A stretch of DNA of 64,000 nucleotides from Ptychomitrium polyphyllum (lineage: Eukaryota): positions 9,796,001-9,860,000 of the forward strand of contig OZ316775.1 of assembly GCA_973851085.1 (NCBI GenBank), read 5' to 3'. Under the pieces are notes generated by a model. The model searched no databases. It saw only the letters and a program-made list of their open reading frames with translations, and was not told the origin of the DNA. Within the stretch, counting starts at the first letter, position 1, and each line of letters starts with the position of its first letter. The position numbers and the translations under genes are program-made. Below are positions 53,632 through 64,000 of this stretch, in pieces.

Positions 53632-54205
53632 TAGGGTTTAAGCGGCAACAGGGCCATAAACCCTAGCTCGGTGGCCCACCTCCGTGCCACTTCGGATACC
53701 GGTCTCCGTGGTTCGCCATCGACATGAGGTCATTACCCGAAAACCGTTATTGTATTCGAAAACCGTCACTGTACCCGAAATCCGACCAATCGTTAACCAA
53801 GCCCGTAAAATATACATCCAAAACCGCGACTGTACCTTGAACTGATAACCTCTACCAAGTTATACATAATCGACGTCAGGTCTATAATCTTCCTAGACCG
53901 TACGAACCGTAGATACAGTGGCGATCCGTCACTACTTTCGCCGACATGATATAGGATCTCTAAAAGATTTAATGGAACTTGTGATCTAGATGTTGGAAGT
54001 CTTCGGTTCTGTGGCGGTTTTGCGTATGCTTCTCTTCTCCTCTGAGGTGAAACGCACAACCGCGGTAGAAAAGTGATTGGTTATTCGTTACGGCGACGGT
54101 TTTCGGATATTATCACCTCGCGTGGAAGTGAAACCACTGGGACCGGGACCCACTGAAGCACGGAGGTGGGCCATAGAGCTAAGGTTTAAACCCCAGTAAA
54201 CCCTA
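53632..54205. promoter_or_regulatory. Bidirectional BMS1/PurN promoter region with teloboxes, site II and CCAAT motifs arranged as inverted arms
   Basis: Teloboxes at 53632-53639, 53658-53665 and 54198-54205, plus a one-mismatch copy ending at 54187; site II GGCCCA 53673-53678 and TGGGCC 54167-54172; CCAAT ~53786 and ATTGG ~54076. Confidence 0.7.
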
Positions 54206-54640
54206 GTAAATATTGGTGTGAGGGGAAGGTTCTCCTGTGAAGGTGTGACAATTGTTGCAGGCTTGAAGCTATCCAGAGCCTCGAAACAGGGCGTGTTGTA
54301 GGCTTGTTGATAACCCAGCATTGTTGTGGAGATTCTTTGACGACGCACATTCGCATCCTGGGCCATCCTACATAGTGTCTCGCGCCTCTTGTCGTCAAGC
54401 ACTGTGTGTCCTTTCTCTGTAGGGGAGAGCTTTGGTGATGCATCTTTGATACGTTTCGGCCATTGCTTGCAGTCATTCCGTAGTGCTTTGATCAAGTAGG
54501 TTATAGTTTTTTTCTCATTTTGCTGTGGTTAGAGAGTTAGGGTTTGAGAATCTGAAATTAATTGGTTGCTGCTGCTGCCTGATTACGTAAGTTCTGTGTT
54601 TTGCGACCTGGCTTTAGTTCTCTGTTCGATTTTTTAGTGC

Positions 54641-56702
54641 ATGAACACTGATTTAATGGAGCTTTCTCAAGGTGCGAACCGGTTGAGGCACTCTGTTGTT
54701 GCTGTTGCTCAGTGTCGATCGTCTGGAATGGCCAATTACTGTTCCGGCATAGCTAGTGTATCTTTTTCTGAAATTCGGCAAGCTAAGAGTTTGGTGTCGA
54801 GCTCTTACCATCACGGTGCTTCGGCGGAAAGATTGGTGCTACCCGGGCGGGTTGTGGAGGCCCAGCGGCATGTGAAGTGTGAGAGTTTGCAGGAGGGTCA
54901 AGCGGGGAGTGTTAAAGAGAAGACGACTTTTGTCAGTAGACTTGAAGGTGGGGCAGAAGATACTGGGCAATCTGGAGTGAACGATGATGGTCTTGCGAGG
55001 GCGAAGCTTGCCGTTTTCGTTTCAGGAGGGGGTTCTAACTTTCGAGCTATTCATGCTGGATGTAAGAAAAACGCGATACATGGCGATGTTGCCTACGTGG
55101 TTTCAGACAAGCCTGGTATTTCTCTATTCTAGTACTTAAAACTACGTGATGTTTTTTATTGTCATTTTTCTCCTCCGTTTCGAAGCATTTGATGGTAGCA
55201 TCTGGTTTACTTGTTCAGTTGCTCAAGTATACACGTGGCTCACAAAATGGAGTGCATCTTTTGGCTTTTGGCGATGAGTTTGGCCTGATTTCTTTGGTAA
55301 ACTCAGGTTGCAAAGGCGTTGAATATGCAATTGAAAACAACATTCCCGCTCTGGCTTATCCAAAGGGCAAGAATGCTCCAGAGGGAATCTCTCCGACTGA
55401 GCTTGTAGAGAATCTGAGGTGAATATAAGAAACTGTCTCACTCGTTTGCTCAGTATGGTTATGGCGATATGTTTAATTTGTCTCGGTTAGTATTACTGTC
55501 AAGCAATTGAGCTCGATCTGTGTTTTAGGATTTTGTATGATATTGTCATTATTGGTGTCGTTGCCATTTTTCGTCCTAATATTGTGATAGATCGAATCAT
55601 CTTACTGTGGGTTTGTCAATTCCTCTTATTCAATTTCTGTTAAATTTTGTATAGTATGTTGTAGGGCAAATCTTTCTGAATTTGCAAGCTTTTCGAGACT
55701 GGTATGGACTCGCGGAAGTGCTAGCTTATTTGTCAGGCACATCTCTGCTTGTTCTTGAGCAGTTAATGTATTAAATTATTCATTGTTTGACGAAAAATAG
55801 TACGTAAATAATCTGGAATGTAGGCTTGCAGGTGTGGACTACATTCTTCTGGCGGGCTATTTGAGACTGCTACCGTCTGAGCTTGTTCATGCATACCCTC
55901 GTGCAATCTTGAACATACATCCTGCCTTGCTTCCATCGTTTGGTGGTAAAGGTTATTTTGGAATGAAAGTTCACGAAGCTGTCATCCGTTCAGGGGCTCG
56001 GTAAGTCATCCAAAATCTATATTCTCTTGTATTCTTTGATTTGGCTTGTGTTCCGGCTCTTGAGAACAATCAACAGTGTGATACAGAGGGATCTGGTCAC
56101 CATTCTTCACTTCCAAGTTGTGGAAATTGTTCTTTCCATTGCCAGGACACAAGCACAATGATACTAATATTAGTGAATCTTTTCCTGTCTTATTAGTTGT
56201 GTGACTGATCATTGCATGCCCAGGCCTTCTATTGAAGTAGTATTAAGTACGTATTTTGGCGTGTAATGCAGGTATACTGGAGCCACAGTTCACTTTGTAG
56301 ATGAGAAGTATGATACAGGACCCATTCTGGCCCAAAGAGTTGTACCCGTGCGAGTCGACGATACACCATCGGAGCTGGCTTCTAGGGTACTAAAAGAGGT
56401 ATGTGTAGATTTTTTCACTGTGGTTTAGTTACAATGTGTCTATATTCTGTAAGTCATATTCTGAGCCTATTGCTTTTATCTATCTAGCGCTATTTAGTCC
56501 AGAGCGTGCCCTACCTTTCAGAACCAAGGAAGTTGTGTATTACAATCTATGCTGTAGATTATCTGACAGCAATGTGCATGTATTGCAGGAACACAAATTG
56601 TACTCGTTTGCAGTTTCCGCTCTGTGTGAGGACCGTATATTTTGGCGTGAGGATGGTGTGCCAATCATTCGTAAATCATGGGATGAAGCAGAGTATTTAT
56701 GA
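54641..56702 (+). CDS. purN: Phosphoribosylglycinamide formyltransferase (GAR transformylase), probably plastid-targeted
   Basis: Exons 54641-55115, 55307-55418, 55824-56000, 56272-56398, 56589-56702. Motifs LAVFVSGGGSNFRAI, ILLAGYLRL, LNIHPALLPSFGGKG and TGATVHFVDEKYDTGPILAQ; long N-terminal extension. Choice of start ATG is uncertain. Confidence 0.96.
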
Positions 56703-59700
56703 TCGGCTGGCTCAACCAAGTGGCGAAGGGTCATTGACTTTTGGTGTGCATTATAATCATCCGTAATGACGGACTTGTATTCACATTTGCTTCATGTGCG
56801 ATGCTCCCAGGTGAACAATGAATATAGTATACGTCGTGCAAAGCGTGGCAATAGAGCGTGAACCTAGAACAACAATGTCGTTGCCCGACGTATGTTGATT
56901 CAGAAGCAATTTTTGGGGAGTGTATCAGCAATATCTGATGCATTTTACAGAAAATAGCTGACTGTATACCTTTGTTATCCTGAACGAACAGTTCAAGGAT
57001 TGGGCACTTCAGTTAGAATATTTTGCACGGTTGTCTCTTTCATTGGAAGGAACGGGAGTCAAATGGCCACCCTGAAGTACATGGTCTGGATGCACAGTGT
57101 TGGGAAGAATGATAGGGTGATACAGCCCTGCCCTTTGCTCTAGGCTACCAGCTCAAAATCAGGAGCTATAGGAACGGTGTATGAGCCTGTAGAACGTGAG
57201 AACCCTATTGTGAAGGCCAACAAGATGTGCAGAGCATGTATGGAAGTGTTTTTTTGTGAACTATCTCGCGTCAAGATACCACTTCCAACGCCGACAATGG
57301 CCCAACAGAGTGTTCAATGCTGATCTGAGAAAATGAATCATGCGAGTTCATCAATGGTAACTCGACTTGGCTGGCAAGAGTCAACGGCATTCGTTTCTGT
57401 GATGATTTTAGGAACGAAGTCTGAAAAGAAAGATATGAACTGCAACCGAAGTGTGGGTAGACTTTCCGTTCACACCGCCAATCTGAAGTTATAAGTTGTG
57501 CACGGTGGTGTACATGAACTCTTTAGAGCTCAGCTGAACACTATTGTAACATTGTTTGGGAGCGTGACTCTGCACCACTACTACAATAGAGCGTGCACCA
57601 CTTCTACAATAGAGCATTCATATCATGTGGCCATATTTGGGCAAATGGTGTATTCCAAACAATGTTTGGGAAAGTTCAACACTTGAAAAAAGGGCAAGAA
57701 TATCCATATTTATGACTATTATTTTTTGAATACCAAGGTCTTCTCACCTAATACTACATTATTTTTTGGTTATGCAATGATATTACATATGATAATTTTC
57801 TAGGATTGCTATTTTATAAACTAAAAGCTGTGAGTCATAAGCAAAGCATAAAGAAATTAGAGTTTGTCATATGTTTTTATAAAAAAATGGAATAAAGTTC
57901 TTATAACTATGAAGCATTTTAAGAATCTCTTGAGTAAGTTCAATTTTTTTTCCATACATATTCTTTGAATTGTGTATTTATATTTTTTCAAAAATTTGCA
58001 CCAATTCTTTCTTTTTCCATTTATTGATTTAGATGAAGTTTGTGCCTTACAGATAGTATTTTGTATTGAATTAGAAACACACAAGTACTAAAGCTCTTTA
58101 TAATAGATTTTGGTTTAGAATGTAGAAAATTTTAGAAAATAGTGCAATTTCATACATATGAATCGTTTTTAATTATTGACAATGTTCTATTTAAAGTCCC
58201 TTTATTTATAAGAGGACAAGAGAATTTATAAAAGAGAGGCTTAATGACAATGTGCAAATAGAGGTACAAACTATATAAACAACTACTACAAAATCATCAA
58301 TTATCTACAAAATAGGTTAGTAGGAATCCAAGTCTTTTTCAAAACTAGCATCATATTCAATGTAAATTGGCAACCATTTATTGATGTTCTTATTCTTCTT
58401 TATTTATTATTTGGAGTAAAATTTTTTTTATAAGTCTTAGAAATATTCTTTAGAATTAAAATCCTCTAATACCTTGTAAGTTGAAAAAAATAAAGAACTT
58501 GTTGTAACAACAGGGTGCATTCAAAAAAATTAAAAGCTTGCAATAATTAACATCATTACTAAACATCATTAAGGTTTTAAATAGGATATTTTCTATTTTT
58601 TTTATTGAATTTATAAAATATTGAGGCTATTTTAATTCAAAGAATATCATTATTTATGCAATATTATAGCTATAAATGGAAGTAGATTATGAAAATTTGA
58701 ATTATATAATTCTATGTTAAACTTGTTGTAAATGATGTCAATTAAGAATTGGAGCAAAGTAACTTCTTAGATTAGAAGATTGTATCTTTAACATCAAAAA
58801 AATAATCCAAAAATTTGGACTGTGATTATTTGAATTAAAAATACTATCACAATAAAATTCTTATAAAATTTCTTTCAATTTAATAACTTTTTGAACATCA
58901 TCTTATAAATATATTGGTATAAAAACTATTATTGAAAAAGATTGATATCTTCAAAATTCACCTTTTGGTGTTTGAGAAATATTCTAATTTTATAAAACAA
59001 AAGATGATGAAAACTTTTTCTATTGTGTTAAATGATTGTTAAATCTTTAAATCAACTAAAGTAAATGTGAGTTTTTATTACAAAAATAAGTCTTAAAATT
59101 CAATTTAATTATTAAAATTATTTTTTCTTTGGAATTTTTATAATGCCTAAATTATTATAACGTATATAAGTATATATCATTATTATGTTTGTGTAGAATT
59201 GGCATTGAAAAAATCAAAAGTGTGCGTTGCATTCAAATAATTAATAATTATAGTTAAATATTTTATAAGTTAAAAGGCTTTGATTTGATGTCTTTTTTAT
59301 TTGAAAATTTTGATAATTAGAAATTGATTTTGATTAATTCTTCTACAAATTATAACTTTTGCATTAAAACAACAAGTTCATATTTATAATAAAGTAATGT
59401 ATCAAAATTTTAATTATATCACAAAATTTAATATATCAAGACTATGATGCAATTTACATAATTCTCATCTTTTATTAAATTCAAAAGTAGTTGGAAGCTA
59501 AAAATTAAATAACTCCAAAACATTCATATTAATTTCAATTCTTGTCAAAATTCAATTCATATAATTGCTCTTTAATTCAAAAGTAATCAAATTCTAATTA
59601 TTAATATTCTTTTAAATATCCATGTTAGTTTATATTATCAAAATAACCTTACAATGGCATATCAAGATTTGATTATTGTAATTGCTTTAGATTTGAGAAC

Positions 59701-62440
59701 AAGTATAATACTAAAGAATAGTCAGCATGTGCAAGATTTAATATTTGCTAGACATAAGAAATTGCATGTCAAAATAAGACTAATCCAATTGCTCTTGGTT
59801 TTAAGAAGAGTGAAAAATACTAAAAATTAGTAAGCATTTAAATAATCATTACTTCTTCTAGTAGATTTCACATAATGATTTATAGGCAAACATTTATTCA
59901 TTGATATTTATTATTTTATATTCATATTAGTATAAGATTACATTTTTGGAATTACATTTCAAGTTCCTAAAAATTTATTCAATGCAAAATTTGACAAGAA
60001 TAATTACAAAAACTTAAAAACAAAAAATGTTATTTAACTATCTTCCGTTTTTTTTTTAATACCTTGAAATTCAAGAAATGATTACATTCAAATATTAAAC
60101 CAATTTTTGTAGGTTCTTACATTGAAGTTAAATTTATATGAAAATTACAAAAATATATAAAATTCACATCTTTTCATGATTTTTTTTTAATTTGTTATTT
60201 TTTCAATTCACTATTTATTACTTTTAGGAAATCATTGCTATTAATTATTCTACACTTGCTAATCTTTTAAGATGGATGAATTCTTTTAATATTGTGGTTA
60301 TTGAAATGATTTGTAATAAAATTTAAAAAACATAATTAAATAAAATTTCAAATTTTTAAACAAATCCTTTGTAGTAATAATGGACTCAAAACTTTTGGAT
60401 TAATTTCAAATGATTCCATTATCTTGCAATAGTTTTAACAATCAACTTCAAAGCTATATCATATAACTTGTAATGTATCTAAAGTTGTATTTCAATTACA
60501 AACAAGCTATAATATGTAACCTCTAAAAAATGTATACTTGCATTTAAACTATATTTGAACGTTAAATAAGCAACAAATAAATTTTTATTTGTATAAAAGA
60601 AAAAATATTTATCCATAGAATAGCAAAAAGACAAGGCCATGATGATAAAAAAATAGATTAATACGAGCATTATAAATAAATCGAGTTGTTTTTCAAATTT
60701 CATTTTGAATTTATGGTGCAAATTTTGTTTTTTAAAATAACCTTATTCATCTCTATCTTGTTTTTTAATAATATTTAATTACTTCTACTAATAATGAATA
60801 TACTACCTCTTTAGGATTAATAATGTATATTCTTGTAAATTTAATTAATTAATCTTGCAAAAATTGCTACACCTTCTTGTCCTTGTCCTTGCATGGTCAT
60901 ATATGTTAATATATGTGAATGTACATACATACACACTTGCAATCTTAAATCATATCCAAGATTAATATTTATGGAAAAGTTTAACAACATGTGATACAAT
61001 TTTGAATAATGTATATAAGTTATTCATATTTAATCTAATAAAAAAAATTCATATGGTTCATTTTTAATATGCTTTTATATTACTACCTACTAGTATTATT
61101 CAATAAAATGGTATAAGTTTTAGTGTCTATTACAACTAAAGGTTGAATTTAATATTTTTTAATTCTTAATTTGCTCTTTCACAGCATACAAAAGTGAAGA
61201 CATAAAACTAATATTTTACCATTGGCATTCTAAATTGAATTTAATATAAAATAAATGATACAAAAATATAGACTTGTAAGTTAGTTTTTAATAAACATTG
61301 AATATTGATTTTCCTTAAAAATGAAACTTTCTTTATTAATTTTAAATTTACTTTAAATTGTGATGTATTTAGCCTTTATAAATGTAATACAAATATTAAA
61401 TCAAAGTAGAGATTATAAAAACTTGAAGATAGTATTAAATTGAATCCATCATCAACAAAGTTCAAAATGCTTATTTACTACATATTTACATTAAGAATTT
61501 CAACTACTTGTAATCCAAAATAAATTCCAAAAATAAATCTAATCTTTAATGACAATTACAAATGACAAAAATTATTTAAAATCAAATATTTAATCAATTT
61601 TGCTCCAAGATATATAACTAATTTTATCACGTCATGCTATAATTCCATCTTTACTGCTTAAAATAAAAGTTGAAAAAATCTTTATATCATCTATTACAAA
61701 ATTAAAAAATTTAAAGCCTATTCTTCAAATTCAAAAATGACATTCCTTCTTCCAAGATTAAAAGATTCATGATCCTTATTTTAATGATAACCTTCATTAT
61801 TTTAAGTTGTTCTTCAATCATTAATTTATTACACATGTACTATAGATTATTCTTAAAATACCACTTATAAGCTCAAAGGAGCAATTTTCAAGGCATATTT
61901 TTCAACCCAAATCAACCCAAGGCATGTTTAGAGTACATATGATGATATGTAATATTGTCATGAATAAAAATTCATACCACATATCTAGTTCTAATTTGCA
62001 ATCGAGCTATACAAATTTTTTTAATCTGATTACATCACACTTTTATGCCAAGCTATACGACACTATTGAGTCAACTTACAATGACCTTAAGATCTTAAAA
62101 TAATTTTCACTCTTATATTCTTCACTCTTTTACATTTTTAACACATTAATTACAATTATCAAATAACAACATTAATCAAAAAAATCTTCTTTCCAATAAA
62201 CACCTAAAATTTTCCCTCTACTTCAAACTGCCGAGAACAACTACAATCTTCTTTTAAGTTGGTGGTTTAAAGTCAAACAAAAAGAAATCCTATACCTACC
62301 CTAACCCTCAAGCTCAGTGCAAACAGCCCTAAACGTGGTCGTCTTCTCGCAAAACACAACAAATCCATACAACCAAGTGTCCTGCCCAGAGGCCTGGCAT
62401 CTTCGTTTCTCGCTTCTATCCCCTGGCTCCACACAGCTAT

Positions 62441-62468
62441 CGCCATCGCCATCGCCATCGCCATCGCC
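62441..62468. repeat. (GCCATC)n microsatellite in the probable Nup98 5'UTR
   Basis: CGCCATCGCCATCGCCATCGCCATCGCC. Confidence 0.8.
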
Positions 62469-63013
62469 GGCTGCAATGCGTCTCGCTCCGCCTCTCTGAA
62501 GCGCATCTGCCCCTTCCTCTCCCAGGTGAGGCTGCGTCCCTGCGTACCTCGATTAGGGTTGAATCTCACGCGATAGGTGAGTTTGTCGTAGGAGGAAACT
62601 TCACCACGGAGCTTGCACTCCGCGCTTCGATAGGGGCAAGAAGCCAGGCTAGGATAGGGGCGGGGGATGTTGTCACCGTAAGATTGGCTCCCGCGGGGTT
62701 GGTGTTGTGGTGCTGGTTTTCTAATATTTGAACTAGGACTGTGCTTTCGTTAGGGATTCGTATGCGAGTTTGCCGAGATTGCATCACTCTGTTGGACTCA
62801 GGAACCCTAAAAGTCGGAAGGAGCCAGAATTGGCGGAGGTGAGGTTGGAGTTTCTATGTCGTTCAGTTGGTTTGAGTGTGCTTTTGCGTGAGGTTTGAAT
62901 CGAGTAGCGGAGCGGCCTCATCTGGAATTTTGAGTTTGATTCTTACGCGTGGCTTTTGTCGTGTTGTGGTGGCAGGGCTGATTTGGATAGAGCGGGCCAA
63001 TTGAGCAGCTGCG

Positions 63014-63893
63014 ATGTTTGGATCCAGCAGCCGTAAGTTGCTCCTGCCCTTGTCTGTTGCGCGTTTGCCGTAGGTAGAGAGTGACGTGGTTGAGCTCGTG
63101 AGGGTCCCCCGGCGATCGATGATCGACCTTGTGGAGAGCATTGAGGCAGGTGGGCGCAGTCGATGCATGTTGGATTCGGAATTGGTGGAGAGCAGGAGCT
63201 TGCTGCAGCTTGGTGGGAAACGATGAGTCGTGTGCGTTCGCAAGGGTGCAATTTGAGTGCATTAGGGTATCGCGTTGCGGGACGTTGGTGGAATTCCTGG
63301 ATGGGACCATGTAGCGGCTCTTAGCTCGGGTTGCTTAATTGGGCGACGATCGCAATCCGAGGCTGCAGGAGTCGTGAAAGTGCGGTCCGGAGAAGTGTCT
63401 GTCCGGTGCTGTCGACGAGTCGCAGTCGATGAGCGATTAGGGCTGGGGGTGGAAGCGTGCAGGAGCGCGGCAGATGAGAGGTCAATGTGTGCATTTGGCG
63501 AGGTGTCCGTCCGTGGAGGACGTAGTTGGCAGTCCCTTGCGGACGATGTGGAGCGCAGGTGGGTGTGGATGGGCGTGATGTCTGAGAGGTGGTGGTGATT
63601 GTTTTGTGTGTGGCCAGCCTTCGGGGCGACAAGCGCAAGTCCGTTCGGAGCGCCTGCAGCGACGAATCCGTTCGGTGCGAACCCGAATCCGTTCGGAAGC
63701 AACACGCAAGCGAGCAATCCGTTCGGGGCGAAGCCGTTCGGCAGCACGAGCCCGGCGTTCGGAGCGCAGGCGGGCGGTTCGGTGTTCGGGAGCGGCACGT
63801 CGACGGGCGTGTTCGGAGGCAGCGCCACACCGGCGTTCGGAGGTTCTGCATCCTCTTCCGCGTTCGGGGCGTCATCGACAGCGCCCGCATTCG
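63014..63893 (+). CDS. NUP98: FG-repeat nucleoporin Nup98, 5' part only (gene continues past the window)
   Basis: A 19-nt first coding exon 63014-63032 (MFGSSS+C) splices in phase to 63618-63893: PFGATSASPFGAPAATNPFG...NPFGAKPFGSTSPAFG...SGTSTGVFGG..TPAFG, like the plant Nup98 N-terminus. Probable 5'UTR intron 62526-63008. Confidence 0.85.
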
Positions 63894-64000
63894 GTACGTG
63901 ATTGGTAGCTGGGTTGGCAGGGCAGCGTGCGTAGGATCTGGGCGGGGTTGCAGAGCTGCGACGTGGGGGGGAGGTGTAGGTGACGACGGGCGGGAATTCT

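Noticed and set aside
62863..63890. Several long minus-strand ORFs over the Nup98 5' region
   Set aside because: Shadow ORFs from GC-rich introns and the antisense of the FG-repeat exon.

Overview
Eukaryotic land-plant nuclear DNA, most likely a moss (Physcomitrium/Ceratodon-like; inferred from intron-rich plant housekeeping genes in GC-richer islands separated by very AT-rich, CG-poor tracts; species not determinable). I reconstructed seven spliced genes by hand with frame-consistent GT-AG junctions: a kinase-less USP-like-domain protein (+), a PAT11-type DHHC S-acyltransferase (-) divergent from GPI transamidase subunit PIG-S (+), a Par14/PIN4-type parvulin (-), the ribosome-biogenesis GTPase BMS1 (-) divergent from plastid-type GAR transformylase PurN (+), and the 5' end of FG-nucleoporin Nup98 (+, truncated by the window). 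The AT-rich tracts hold decayed transposon DNA, including a recognisable but heavily mutated PIF/Harbinger transposase relic missed by the ORF track, plus minisatellites and hairpins. The most unusual observation is a mirror-symmetric BMS1/PurN intergenic region: two ~100-bp inverted arms (about 72% identical, nearly gap-free) carrying telobox, site II and CCAAT motifs. I see no CRISPR array, RNA gene or clearly novel multi-gene system that I can support.
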